Part shown: positions 10,617-24,400 of the stretch, in pieces
Layout of the letters: each line of letters begins with the position of its first letter
Position numbering within the stretch: position 1 is the first letter of the stretch
Assembly (NCBI GenBank): GCA_965178125.1
Contig: OZ237769.1
Coordinates: 1-64,000, forward strand
Direction: 5' to 3'
Length of the DNA: 64,000 bases
From: Bilabrum cf. latius
Taxonomy: Eukaryota
Notes under the pieces: model-generated
Seen by the model: the letters and a program-made list of their open reading frames with translations, nothing else
Database searches by the model: none
Told to the model about the DNA's origin: nothing
Program-made: the position numbers and the translations under genes

Positions 10617-13600
10617 CGCAGTCTGTCAGGAGGTGCAAGCCAAGCCTCTGGGAGCTCACCAGCCCGTCCTCGCTCATCGAGAAGCGGTGGTCCCAGCAGC
10701 AGCCACAGTCTGTCAGGAGGTGCAAGCCAAGCCTCTGGGAGCTCACCAGCCCGTCCTCGCTCATCGAAGAGCGGTGGTCCCAGCAGCAGCCACAGTCTGT
10801 CAGGAGGTGCAAGCCAAGCCTCTGGGAGCTCACCAGCCCGTCCTCGCTCATCGAGAAGCGGTGGTCGCAGCAGCAGCCGCAGTCTGTCAGGAGGTGCAAG
10901 CCAAGCCTCTGGGAGCTCACCAGCCCGTCCTCGCTCATCGAGAAGCGGTGGTCCCAGCAGCAGCCATAGTCTGTCAGGAGGTGCAAGCCAAGCTTCTGGA
11001 GGTGCATCAGGCCGCATTCTGTCCCGACCAGCACCAGCGTCTGGCCAATAGAGGATGGTGGAGCTGTCACCATCGCAGAGATTCTTAGCAGATATGTGCC
11101 TTGGATTTGCACCATTGCCTCCTGTCCGTAGACAAGGAGCTCGTGCTGCGGCAAGAAAGAAGGCCATTGTTGCGGAGAGTCGATCATCTGGCTAGCCAAT
11201 CCCACCAAGTGCCAGCCGAGGCCTTCCAAGCTCGGCGTCAAGAAGGAGATCGACAAGCAGCACACTTTCGGACCGACCGTAGAGCTTTGCAGCGTTCTAG
11301 GTTCCCCCACTCTCTGACGACATGCCGCTGTCTTGTCACTGTGATTCTGCCTTTGATTTAGATGGATACACTGCACTTGGAGCGGTAGCGTGTTGTACTG
11401 GCACAGGTGAAGATGAGACTTCGAACTACTTCCTGCCTCAAACGTTGGCAAGGCCGCTGGGGCTGGACGGATCGGACCATACACTGCTGGACTGGATCAC
11501 AGATGGCGTTCTAGGCGTCCATGACTCAGATTCGCTGCTTCCGTCGTATACCAGCTTGTCTCAATCGCCTGCTTCTGGCGTGGTAGTTCGAGCGGCACAT
11601 GCCCAGCGCCCACCTGCAGGAGGCTCGATGCGACTAGCATGGTCGTCACACATTGATGGCGGTGATAGCGTCTTCAAGGATGAGCAGACTGCCATGCGAT
11701 GGTCTTCGTTAGAGAAACACGGGGATACCTTGGAGGTTGCGAGCGTGGTGGCCAAGGTGCATGCTCTGCGCCAGCAAAGTCCGCACGGTATTGGTGGCAC
11801 GAACATTCGGGTCCTGGCAGCTGGGGCTTAGGCAGACGTGTCTAGATATAGCAAACACATTGAGTAGCAGTGCAAACGTGAGTACCAGTGGACTCTCGAC
11901 AAAGCTGACAGGGGAGGCTGGTCCTCAGTGCTCCCGCACGCTGGAACCTTGTGGAGTCGGGCCGTGCATCAAGCGTCATCGAGCGGCCAGAGCGATCAAT
12001 AGGCTAATCTACCAAAGCTTCATGTCCTGAGCGGTCTTGCAACTGATATTCACGTTCAGCTTTTCGACGTTGGTGCAGCTACAGTGTCTGTCATGGTGCC
12101 GGGTGGTTTGCTTGCCTTCTGTCGAGACCTGATCGACGCCTTTGAACCTCCTATTAGGTCACTGCAACACACGCTTGATTCTGAAGGGGTTGTGGAACTA
12201 GCAAACGACGAGGGATTCTGGACCCAAGGATCACACATCGATGTCATTCGGAGTTGTTTGCTGTACGTGTTTGGCTCGGGCCTACGAGCTGCTGCCAAGA
12301 AGCTCGATTGGTAGGGACCCGAGCTAGTGATTCGTGTATAGCGCGGAGGTGGGCAAACTGGTGGATTCAAGTCATCTCTCACGCATGTTGCCAGTGGGCG
12401 AGGCCCGTAGACAAGCAGATTCTGGCCCAGTTCTCACACTCGGGACCGTAGTCCATCACGATTTCTGTCAAGTGCATTTCATTGGGTGCGATGCTTGGGG
12501 TATCCTGCTGTTGGTCAGACTGATGTGTCTGACTCCGACTCCGAGTCTGACTCCAGGTCTGACTCCGACTCTGGTGTGAGTGAGGCCACAGAAGCAAGGC
12601 AAGCAGAATCCGTTGCAGTGCTTGGCCGGGACAACTGGCTCTAGGATCAGGACGGCTTGCTGCGGCGCATGGTGCACGTTTCTCACTACAACCGATTCCT
12701 CATGATATTGCTCATGAGGCAGGTGGCAAGATGCTCAGTGTTTTATGTATAGCGAGTCGGCTGCAAGGCTTGCAAGCCGATGTCTCTCTTGCTGCAGGCT
12801 GCACAGCAACAGATGCGCAGAGCAGAGGCAGACATTGCTGCTCAGCAGTCAGCACGGGAGCGCGCTCGACAAGCTGCGATGGATGAAAGCGATGAAGAGG
12901 ACGCCAGAGGACGGAGAGGTGAGTGGTTTGGTCCGACAGGAGATCGCAGTGACGGGACATCAAGGACTCCCACAGGTCCAAGCTCTACAACAGCTGCCAG
13001 CAGCAAGCCAAAGACGCGTGTTGCCAGTCGATAGATGCAGACTGGCGTGGCGCAGGCGCGTGCATGGAGTGGATCTTAGTAGCGTCGAGGTATGCGAGAT
13101 CTTGCGGCCATCATTCATCCGCATGGTCTGCTGACTCCCCAGCAAGACGCAGACATGGCCACGTACTGCAGTTTTGGCGTTGGCTTTGAATTGTGTGGCC
13201 AGCCCTCGCACACAGTAGCAATTCCCAACCCAGCTATGATAAAGTTCATGCACAGCAGTCGTGATGAGCTTTTGCAAGAGGTTGTGCATGGTACGCCGCT
13301 CGAACGGGCTCGGTACGCCGTGGTGCGAGAGGCTACTCGTCCCTACGGGGCACTGGCGTCGGTTGGCGAGTACGCTGGGACATTGCAAGGGAAGCTGCCG
13401 TCTTCTATCTCTTGGGGTGACATCGCTGCAATACACCAGCGTGTACTTGCCAAGGATACCGCGCATGCAACCAGTGACGACGGGGGTATATCGTCCTTCC
13501 TGCCATTTGGCTGCCTGCTGTCGTCGTAGTTGCACGTGTATCAGCCCGGAGCGTTCCGATCCCAATAGCCAAGTCCAGGGACGCACGATTCCGCGCATGA

Positions 13601-16403
13601 TCTATTTCGGCGGCGTGTTCTCTCCAGGCTGCGCCACTCTGCTGAGACAGACGCACAAAGAGCAGTTGCACCCGTTGCGCGAGGTAGAGATGTCGCAGCT
13701 GCTAGTGGAGCACTCGAGACACTGCCAATTCGCAGGCATATACAGTGTGGGCTTCAAACAGCATACGAACAAAGCATGCAAAGGCTGTCGAAAGGCCTGA
13801 AAGGGTCAACGCGAGGCGAATTCGACGTGCCCGCATCAACCATGGCCTTGATGCTGGGCTGCGTGATGCTACCAGCTGAAGCAATCTACTAGCAGCAGCG
13901 CCCTGAGCACCGCGCCTAGACTACTGAAGAGTATTCTGAAGCTCCTTTCGCACGCCATTTCATAGAAGTCGTGCATGACGATGTCATGGAGGACTACATA
14001 CAGTTGGTTTACACTACTTTCAATCGAGCCCTCCAAAGGATCCAGAGGTTGCTTGTGGCATCTGTCTGCGGTTCTGACAGGATTCCGACATTCCAACGTT
14101 CTGCAATGTGGGCGCTAGCGGCATCAATGTCCCGGTGTTGCTTAGAAGGATGGGTGGCTTTACGAACGGATGCATGGTCGCAGGTTGTTGCAGAACAAAC
14201 TGCTGTGACATGGCTACCTGCAACAAGGCCTGTCCTGCGCAACCTTGGACCTGCTACAATTGAGTGGCAGGTCGTCCGCGACTGTCTGCAGTCATCTGGG
14301 TGCATGCCAGAGCAATCTGCTGTTGTTGCAGTCGCAGCAGCAATCGTCGATCAAGTTGCCAGTGCCGTGCATTCCGTTCGCGCTGGGGACGGCCACGGCT
14401 CGCGCCTGAACTCGTGGACGGTTTTAGCCGTATGTGAAATCATAGTTACGTCTTGGAGCCTTTGCGCCGTAGCAGAGTGCAACGGAATGACATGGCAAGT
14501 GGCCAGGAGGTCCACGCAATATGCCCTCTGTGGGCTTGTGTCGGCGCACGATAGCGAGCAGTTTAGGATGGGGATTAGTGGTGTCAATAGCGGGGTCGCA
14601 GGATTTCGCGCAATGGTACGAGCTGACGTTGTGGCGGCCATTCTAGACAAACTTCCTGTTCGGTGCTAGCTAGTCTATGACATGCGGGCGCTGACCGGTA
14701 TCAACGTTGCTATCACGATTGAGATGGAGCTCAGGAAGCTGTATCTGGCACAGTTGCATTTGCCAAAGCTCCACCTACGCAACGGCACACGGAAGGGAAT
14801 GCTAGCAAGGGGTAGTCTGGCTGTAGCACTGTACGGGCAGCTTGTGTCTCGATTGAAGTGCTCGAGGAGCTCGATCTTGGTGGGTCTGAGGTCGTGCATA
14901 TCGAAGACAGCAGTCTGCCCGTACCCCACCGCGGCTGCCATGTGGCGCGGGTCGACGAATGCAGGCAATTTCAGGGCAGATTACGCTACCAAGTCCTCTG
15001 CTCGAGCGTCTGGCCTTCCTGTTGCCGTTCTGACGACAGAGTCCCCAACCATGCAGCGCACGCTTCCTGCGGAATCCTCAGTAAAGACGTCGTATGTCGC
15101 GGCTCTGCTGCGAGCCGTTGTGAGCACCAGGCCGCAAGGACAGCCATCAGTAGCAGACGAGCAGTTCCGCAGCATGCTGTCCCAATGGCTGCTTCCAGCT
15201 TGCGTAATTGGATCTGCAACATTGCTACCAGACCGTATACAGCGAACTTAGCTGCCTGGAATCAAGCGACCGAGAGGTGATCAAGCACCAGACGCGGAGG
15301 ATGGACCGACCGTGGTGGTTGGGCCACCTCCAGCATCCGCATAGCCTGCCGTCATTGTTGCCCAGCGCGTCGAAGAGTTCATGGTGGAGCATGGCAAGTG
15401 GCAGATTCCAAGGTTTGGTGACAAGCAGACGTTTCAGGGAACCTTGAACCGACCAGATGGGTCTCTCAGGCGGGTGATCGATGTATGCTACCATGGCGCA
15501 GGCCTGTGCGTGGACCTGCAAGCAGCTCCATTCACCGTGCCTGCACTTTCGGATGCTCCGTACAACAAGTTGGCGGGCAAGGGAGACCTACGAATCTGCA
15601 TGCAGGACGACTTAAAGATTGTGCATGCTGCTCGCACGGAAGTCGCTCGCATCATTGGCGGTCAGGAACGTCTAAAGAGGATCCACAGATATAGGATATG
15701 GCAGGCAACCAGGGAAAGTTATCCCGCGCTGCCCAACGATACGCCCGATTTGTTCCGGCGTGCTTGCTCTGGTGAAGACATCGGGGCTACCAGCGCATCA
15801 ACGCAGTAGCCTTCAGCATCATTGAGTCCTGTCATGGAGAACCATGCAAGCCAGCAATGGCCCTCCGAACACAGTGATGAAGAGCATGATGAAATGCCGC
15901 GTTCCAAGAAGCGCTTCCGGCGGCCAGACATCCCAATAGCTTCACTGACCGGAACGTCGGGAGCTGTCAGTGACGGTGGTTTCAAGCCTCCGGCAATTGG
16001 CAACTACCAGTCTGGGCGGCCAGCATCCAGTGGAGCTGGGAGTGGTGGTGACGCGTTTACATTGCAGTCGTCACTAGGCATAGACGCAAGGAAACGTGCA
16101 GCATTGGCTGGTCTGGCACCGCCCTAGGGTTCCTCGAGCGGCACCGCAGCAGCACCCAGGGGGATCCAGCGGCTTGCAGCATCTAGCGAGGCAGAAGGAG
16201 CAGACGAGGAGGACGAGCAACGCTTGGCGATATCGCCCGTGTCAAGTTCGAGCCTACGTAGTCATGGCTCAGAAGCGTTGGAGCATGCCTACTCAGGTGC
16301 TCGTGGTGAAGTGGAGACGCTGGTTCCAGGCCATCCGCCGCAATGGATCTCCATTCCAGCCCTCGACGACGTATACTGGGACCATGACACGTATTGGGAT
16401 TGA
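10155..16403 (+). CDS. Orphan protein of about 2,080 aa (TAG read as Gln) with an N-terminal poly-Ser tract and 29-aa repeats; may have additional upstream exons
   Basis: Track ORFs 10062, 10452, 11322, 12084, 12780, 13092, 13971, 14682, 15381 and 15822 are all in one frame. The bridging segments contain only TAG stops (25 counted) and no TAA or TGA until TGA at 16401-16403. Confidence 0.8.
10487..10995 (+). repeat. (AGC/AGT)n microsatellite followed by about 4.3 copies of an 87-bp coding repeat
   Basis: CAGTCTGTCAGGAGGTGCAAGCC... recurs at 10619, 10706 and onward, encoding SLSGGASQASGSSPARPRSSRSGGPSSSH. Confidence 0.95.
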
Positions 16404-18597
16404 CAAATTGAACAAGAGTTTAGCTATGAGCAAGTACTATTCGACCTATGCTGAACAGTTTTCTAGAAATGGTCTGGAAACCAATATATGGGGCTGCCTC
16501 CAACACGTCGTCCTACATGTTGTACCAAGCCACATACTCCGTTCCGTAGATTGGTTGTTGTACAAGTACTAAGACTTTATGTATCGAGTTGGGATGCGGT
16601 CCACAAAGCGTACTGATCCCAATCGTGCACGGACACATCCGGTGACCTGACTTGCTGTGGTGACTGCCTGCCAGTGGGCTGATTCCGACGTCCGGGTTAT
16701 CAATTCCGTCCTAGGATGCCGCCGAAATGTTTCATTGAAACCTACTTAGTATCGTAGCCTGAGGTGCCGGTCAGTTGGTCAGCAAAGGAAGTCGCTTGTG
16801 CTGGCTGGCACTGAGGAGCAGTGGGGGCTTCAGCATGTCAACTGGAGGACAGCGATGCCTGCTGCGTAGCGTGTGGAATTAGACTAGATTGAATTGATGT
16901 ATGAATATGATGCGCCAGCGTTATCAAATCGCGAAGCTGTGCACGGTTCTCGTATACTTCTGGCAGCTGGAGCACCTGCTAACGTGAGCAAATCTCAAAT
17001 ATTCCCCCAAGTAATGCATAAATCGAACTGATAGCTATGATCAAGTGCAACGAAATAATAACTTGCTTGAAACAATGACGAGATTGACCGTATACACTGC
17101 TGAGTCTGGCTGCATCGTGAAGCTCAGACGCCGCGCCGCGGCATGCTGGTTCCGCTGTTCGCGACCGTTTGTGGATTCTGGCGCAACCACACCTCTCCGC
17201 GCCACAGACCGGCTCAACTGTCCTGGGGGCTGTTGGGATTCATGTTAATTACCATTTACTGCCATACATCGTTGTGTGTTCAAGGTGGAATGCTGCTGTG
17301 GCTCTGCTTTGGTCTCGTCTCCTTGGGGCGCGCGATGGCGTTTGCAGACAGAACAGCTAGGTACCGCATAGCCCGAGTACAACAACCGCCAGGTATTTTG
17401 ATTCTATTGTATTCATTCAGTTTGTTTGCTTTGTATTTGTGTTAGGTTCTGGCATCTGAATGGGAAGGTCGCTGGTCTGCTGACGTGCTTGTGCGTTGTC
17501 CAGTTTTCATGACAGCACTCAGGTATGCTGCCATGCATCGAGGGGCTATAAATTTGTTTTCAATCGTTTCATTCTTTTCCTATGCATTGCAGGCAGCCTT
17601 TAGGACCCACCTGTGCTGATGAGACCCTCTCGCCGCTTCTGGCAAACATTGCATGGAACTGAGCAGATCCGTGCGGTGGGCGAGCAGAGAGTCAGACCGG
17701 CCAACCGTATAGGGATCCGTACGGATGGCGGTTGATTCTTTGGTCTCTTCAGGGCAGTCCCAATGATGCGTCCCGTCCCCAGCTCCTGGACTCGGCCTTC
17801 GGCGGCACGCCCGTCATCCTCTCACGCGGCTGCCCGCGCACCCTCCCAGCACTTAGTCCTTGAGTCGGGCGGGAGCGCGGGTGCGTGCTTCGAGGCAGCG
17901 CGTGCCCCCGGGGCGAGAAGGAGCAGGCCAATGACGAGGAGCAGCATCCCGGGACAGGTGTCTCTGTAGATCCGATCGTCGAGTGTGGAGGTGTGTGTGG
18001 CAACACGATGAACCTGATGTCCCAGATCCGCAATGAGGTGGGGCAGGCAGTGCATGGGGAGCGCAAGCTCCTCGTGCACGCGCTTCATGCCGGCTCGCTG
18101 CCATCGGCCGCTGACTTGATCCCCGGGCTCGCGCACTTGTCGCGGCCCGTGCTGTCTCAGTCACGGACGGGCGAGCTGGATGGAGCACCTGCCCGACGGG
18201 GAGACAACCCCCTATTCTCGCGGGCGAAACACAGCAGGGCACACCTCCTTGGCAAACCCAATTTGCACGACGCGGTTTGGTCCAGACTCGCCGGGTGGGC
18301 GTCCATCCCGTGCAGCCCCCTGGGTGCTCGTCACCCACGGGCCGCACTGCCGAGGAGACCGCGGCCGAGATTCATTGCAAACCAAGCAGACACACATAAT
18401 CAAACACCAAATATGCATTGCCAATCACTTGCACCTCTTGCCGACTGCTTGCATCCTTGCAACTGGCCCAGATCCGCCTCAGTGCGATCTTGCGACCACT
18501 TCGACACTGCGCGGCACCGCCGTCTTTGCGGAACATGTCAACTTCTGCGGAACATGTCAACTTTCGCGGCGCCTTACCCTTCCCTGAGATGGTACTG

Positions 18598-19110
18598 TAA
18601 CCCTAACCCTAACCCTAACCCTAACCCTAACCCTAACCCTAACCCTAACCCTAACCCTAACCCTAACCCTAACCCTAACCCTAACCCTAACCCTAACCCT
18701 AACCCTAACCCTAACCCTAACCCTAACCCTAACCCTAACCCTAACCCTAACCCTAACCCTAACCCTAACCCTAACCCTAACCCTAACCCTAACCCTAACC
18801 CTAACCCTAACCCTAACCCTAACCCTAACCCTAACCCTAACCCTAACCCTAACCCTAACCCTAACCCTAACCCTAACCCTAACCCTAACCCTAACCCTAA
18901 CCCTAACCCTAACCCTAACCCTAACCCTAACCCTAACCCTAACCCTAACCCTAACCCTAACCCTAACCCTAACCCTAACCCTAACCCTAACCCTAACCCT
19001 AACCCTAACCCTAACCCTAACCCTAACCCTAACCCTAACCCTAACCCTAACCCTAACCCTAACCCTAACCCTAACCCTAACCCTAACCCTAACCCTAACC
19101 CTAACCCTAA
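18598..19110 (+). repeat. Telomeric repeat tract 4 (innermost), about 85 units, followed by degenerate units to about 19132
   Basis: Direct reading; decays into ACCCTATAATCTAAAACCTAAA, as is typical of the proximal edge of a native telomere. Confidence 0.98.
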
Positions 19111-19132
19111 ACCCTATAATCTAAAACCTAAA

Positions 19133-20393
19133 GACATGGACTGCCGGATCTCGGGGCAGGATCGAGTGCTTGGGTGCTTGGGTGCTGGGTGGACTGGTGG
19201 AGCGCGCGGGACATGGACTGCCAGATCTCGCGGCAGGATCGAGTGCTTGGGTGCTTGGGTGCTGGGTGGACTGGTGGAGCGCGCGGGACATGGACTGCCA
19301 GATCTCGCGGCAGGATCGAGTGCTTGGGTGCTTGGGTGCTGGGTGGTCTGGTGGAGCGCGCGGGACATGGACTGCCAGATCTCGGGGCAGGATCGAGTGC
19401 TTGGGTGCTTGGGTGCTGGGTGGACTGGTGGAGCGCGCGGGACATGGACTGCCGGAGCTCGCGGCAGGATCGAGTGCTGGGGTGCTTGGGTGCCGGGTGG
19501 ACTGGTGGGGCGCGCGGGACATGGACTGCCAGATCTCGGGGCAGGATCGAGTGCTTGGGTGCTTGGGTGCCGGGTGGACTGGTGGAGCGCGCGGGACATG
19601 GACTGCCAGATCTCGCGGCAGGATCGAGTGCTTGGGTGCTTGGGTGCTGGGTGGTCTGGTGGAGCGCGCGGGACATGGACTGCCAGATCTCGCGGCAGGA
19701 TCGAGTGCTTGGGTGCTTGGGTGCTGGGTGGACTGGTGGAGCGCGCGGGACATGGACTGCCAGATCTCGGGGCAGGATCGAGTGCTTGGGTGCTGGGTGG
19801 ACTGGTGGAGCGCGCGGGACATGGACTGCCAGATCTCGGGGCAGGATCGAGTGCTGGGATGCTTGGGTGCTGGGTGGACTGGTGGAGCGCGCGGGACATG
19901 GACTGCCGGATCTCGCGGCAGGATCGAGTGCTTGGGTGCTTGGGTGCTGGGTGGACTGGTGGAGCGCGCGGGACATGGACTGCCAGATCTCGCGGCAGGA
20001 TCGAGTGCTTGGGTGCTTGGGTGCTGGGTGGACTGGTGGAGCGCGCGGGACATGGACTGCCAGATCTCGCGGCAGGATCGAGTGCTTGGGATGCTTGGGT
20101 GCTGGGTGGACTGGTGGAGCGCGCGGGACATGGACTGCCGGATCTCGCGGCAGGATCGAGTGCTGGGGTGCTTGGGTGCTGGGTGGTCTGGTGGAGCGCG
20201 CGGGACATGGACTGCCAGATCTCGCGGCAGGATCGAGTGCTTGGATGCTTGGGTGCTGGGTGGACTGGTGGAGCGCGCGGGACATGGACTGCCAGATCTC
20301 GCGGCAGGATCGAGTGCTTGGGTGCTTGGGTGCTGGGTGGACTGGTGGAGCGCGCGGGACATGGACTGCCAGATCTCGCGGCAGGATCGAGTG
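19133..20393. repeat. 77-bp subtelomeric satellite, about 16 slightly diverged copies
   Basis: Unit GACATGGACTGCCAGATCTCGCGGCAGGATCGAGTGCTTGGGTGCTTGGGTGCTGGGTGGACTGGTGGAGCGCGCGG, with point variants and one 8-nt-shorter copy. Confidence 0.97.
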
Positions 20394-21453
20394 CATGAGC
20401 CGCGTTAGGAACGCGATCACATGAAAGGTAAATAAAATTTGTTGAAGGTATCTTTTTGCTTGCCGGTGTTCATGCTTTTCTGGTACCGGCACTGGGTCCG
20501 CCATTTACTATGATATAAGGTGTAGGCCTACATGCCTGCACATGAACAGTAGGCTGTCGAACTCCAGCTCAGTGTCAAAATTAACCCACTGTTGCAGACT
20601 CAGCCGCCATAATCCTGAGTAAATATACACGTTTAAGTTAGGAGACCGAATTCACTGAAAACTATATCGTAGTCTGTTCCATTGAGAGCGGCTGAATTAG
20701 GACGAACCGAGCCATCTCGATTGCCGTTTGTATATTGCTCGCATTCTGCTTTGATAGTATTCGCCCTACCTTGCCTGCTACTCGAATTGGCCCTGCTGAA
20801 GCAACACTTCTCTGTCGAGATGACGCCGCGATCACTGCCGACAAGAGCCGCTCGGCCTCCAGCCACCCTGTGACATCCCAAATGGGTCATCCTTGAATTT
20901 GTCAGCCTGCAAATATCCCCAGCAGCGACTAGTATACCGATTTAGATTTCGTCATTTTGGTTCTACTGATTCGGCGCTGCAGCCGTCAGTCGATGGACCC
21001 CTCTTTGGGGAAGGGGGTTATAAACTCCTCAAGGTAGCACCCCCTTTTGTTGACACCCTGTTGCTACCCCCCCCCCCCCCCCAAAAACCCGTGTGCAACC
21101 CCTTGGCGGGGTCTGTCTGATATCGCTTAGCTTCCGGGGAATTCCATTCCAGGCTTGATTCCACCGCCAGCGGGCGACAGAAGCACGGGTCCGACGGAAG
21201 ACGGACTTGAATCAGAGCTTCGCCTGGGTTTTGACTCGTGAAGTCCTCGTTAGACGCTCATTTCCGCCTGGGCACAACGGGTGAAAGAGTTGAGCAACGG
21301 CATCGACCTGCAGCCATACGCGAAACACGCCATGGCGTCTTCCGTGTGAGACCACCATTACGTGTCTAAGAGCTATTAGTATTGCTTGCGCCCCTGCATC
21401 ACCGCGATCGTCAGCCAAGTCCGCTCTGAATCGCGCCCCGCAGTCGGGCAGGC

Positions 21454-24400
21454 ATGCGCTGCGTGAGCTTTCTCTGCTTTCTCGTCATGGCGACCGCAAA
21501 CCGTCCTTTCGAGGACGTCATGCTCCGCAAAGGCAGTGATACTGAGCTGGTTAGAGGCAGCGGAGTGCTGCCCCTGAGCATCAGTGCGGGGTTTGGCACG
21601 GACCTCGCTTGGGCTGGCTACGTCGGCGGGGACGGGGCCGGGCACAGGATCTTCGTCACCGGCCACAGGTCGCGGTCACTGTGGGTCCTGTGGGTCTCGC
21701 CTGATGCCTCCAAAGTAGAGCGCTACGCTCGCATCAAGGTCAAGGAGGGGCCGGGCTTTGGCAGTAGCGTTACAGTCCTGGGTGACATCGACGGCAACTC
21801 GAGCACCATCGAGCTCGCCGTGGGCACTTCCCAGGAGCGCGCCTAGGGCGGCATGGACATCATCTCGCTCTCCCCAGACGCGCAGTCCATCGTGTGGAGG
21901 AAGCCTATCACGATTCATGGGTCCACCAACTTCGGGCTTGCAGGCTCCACCTCAGCAGGGAGCGTCGATGGCGACGGGCGGTGCGAGCTCATTGCCGGGG
22001 CTCCCGACGCAGATGCGGGCAGGGCAAACTCGGGCACCCTGCACATCCTGTGGCTGAGCGAGACGGGCACCATCACGCGCAACGTCGCGATCACCAACGG
22101 CAAGGGCGGGATGCCCTCCGGGACCATCCCGAGCAACGGCTACTTCGGGTCAAGCGTGCAGTTCGCCGGAGACGTGGACGGCGATGGCCGAGCATCCGAG
22201 ATCGCGGTATCAAGCAAGCACCCAGACAGATCAGGCACCATGTACATGCTGTGGCTGGACGATGCCGGCACCTCGATGAGCCGGATCGTCACGCTGCGAT
22301 CCACGAAGCGCCTGCAGTGGCTTGCCATGTGGGTGGGCGATATCGACGGCGACGGACTTTCATCTGAGATGGTCATGGCCATGGCAGATCTTTCCACAGG
22401 GGATGTTGGAGTGTAGGTGGCGCACCTATCTTCTGATGGCACCGAGATCCAGGGCACCCGCCATCTCACGAGGTCAGACGGCGGCCTGCCTGCCCTTGAG
22501 CTGGACCTGGCCTCCGGGCTCGGCGCATCAATGGGCGTCATACCACCGGTGCTCTCGGCCAGGACTGCAACCGCAGCCGTGCTGGTTGGTGCTCCGAACA
22601 GCGGCGCTTCCAGTGCCGGCTCCATGCACTCGGTGCCACTCGCTGCTGATGACACCCTCGCCATCCGAAGCGGCAGGGAGCTGCAGGTCGCAATGGAGGA
22701 GGCCGACGCATGCCGAGCGTGGGAAGAAGCAGCAGCGAACGACGCATATAACAGCATACCGGCGGAGGATGCCCAGTCGTCATACGCTTGCAGGCTGGGC
22801 TACCTGGGCGGCAACCACGACTGCATCGCGGCCGTGATCCCAGGAGGGCTGCTGCGCGGAGGTGCAGGGTACGTGAGCCAGTCCGACGAGTCGGCTCCGG
22901 GCATGAGCGACCCCTCCTACAGCTGGAAGCGCGTCCGTGACCTGGTGCACGTGTGGCTACACGATGCGTCGCTGCTGGGGATGCACACGCCGTGGGATCC
23001 TCAGAGTCGGTCCCGGATGCCCGGTGTGTGGGTGGGAGGAGAGCCGTGCCACGTGGTGGGCATCCGAGTGGACCCGGCGGTGGTGACGTGCCGACCGGCG
23101 CGGACGCTGCCGAAGGGCGTGCATCGCGTGGTTGTGTACTCGAAGGGTAGTTGGAGCAATAGCTCCGAGACTGATAGAAGTGGCGCGTGGAATGACGGGG
23201 TTCCTCGAGTGCTGGTGGGACCAGCGGCTAATCCGGCCTCGATCGTGCTGCAAGTCGGCAAAGTACGGAGCATTCCGCCCCTCCCATTGGGCCCAGGATC
23301 CAGGAGCACTCCCCAGCTGAGCGAAGGCGGCGGCTACGGCAGGTCCATGGCCCCGCTGGGTGACATGGATGATGTCGGTGCGTTGCAGAATGCCGTGGGG
23401 CCCCGTGCTGACGGTGATGGGGGGTTAGATGGACGGGCAAGGGAAAGCCGGTTGCTACAGTCGAGTAGCGTGGTGAAGTCGCATTAGAAGATATCTGGCA
23501 CGCAGGGCGGATTTTTAGGCCAGCTTGAAAATGGTGACCACTTTGGACATTCCATGACGTCGCTGGGGGACATGAACGGAGATGGGGTGGTGGACATTGC
23601 CGTGGGGGCGTACGGTACAGATGATGGAGGCTAGCGTAGAGGTGCAGTGTGGATCCTCTTCCTGGACACCGACGGCACGGTGAAGTCGCAGCAGAAGATA
23701 TCGGATACGCAGGGCGGCTTCACCGGGCAGCTGGGTAACTATGACATTTTTGGCTATTCGGTGACATCACTAGGGGACTTTGATAGAGATGGGGTGGTGG
23801 ACATAGCCGTGGGGGCGCATCTAAATAATGATGGAGGCCCAGATCGAGGAGCTGTCTGGATACTGTTCCTGCATTCGAACGGCACGGTGAAGTCGCAGCA
23901 GAAGATTTCGGACACGGAGGGCGGCTTCACAGGGCAGCTTGATGATAGCGACTACTTCGGCTATTCGGTGACATCACTGGGAGACATCAACGGCGACGGG
24001 GCGCTGGACATTGCCGTGGGGGCGCATTCGGACGATGATGGAGGCACTGACCGGGGTGCTGTTTGGGTACTGTTCATGCATTCGAACGGCACGGTCAGGT
24101 CGCATCAGAAGATATCGGACACGCAGGGCGGCTTCACCGGGCAGCTGGGTAATAGCGACCACTTCGGCGGTCCAGTGAAATCACTAGGTGACTTGGATGG
24201 CGACGGGGTGGTAGACATAGGCGTTGGGGTACACAAAGATGATGATGGAGGCACAGATCGAGGAGCTGTCTGGATACTATTCCTGCATTCGAACGGCACG
24301 GTGAAGTCGCAACAGAAGATATCGGACACGGAGGGCGGCTTTTTGGGTCAGATTGGAAATGGTAACTTCTTTGGACATTCCATGACCTTGGTGGGGGACT

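Larger units (their letters stand above)
9351..18597 (+). mobile_element. 9.25-kb unique unit B sandwiched between telomeric tracts (candidate telomere-associated element)
   Basis: Bounded by CCCTAA tracts on both sides; its large ORF has the same polarity as element A. Mobility is inferred from context only. Confidence 0.5.

Noticed and set aside
13370-13490. GTLQGKLPSS...TSDD as reverse-transcriptase motifs B' and C in the unit B ORF
   Set aside because: The resemblance is superficial: no Y/F-x-DD in a hydrophobic strand and no convincing motif A upstream. It would need HMM or structure support.
2751-20393. CRISPR array interpretation of the 155-bp or 77-bp repeats
   Set aside because: There are no unique spacers between repeats, no cas genes, and the context is eukaryotic.
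17885-20504. Long ORFs of 360-840 aa across tract 4 and the 77-bp satellite
   Set aside because: They are open in nearly all frames because the GC-rich repeat lacks stops; this is not evidence of coding.
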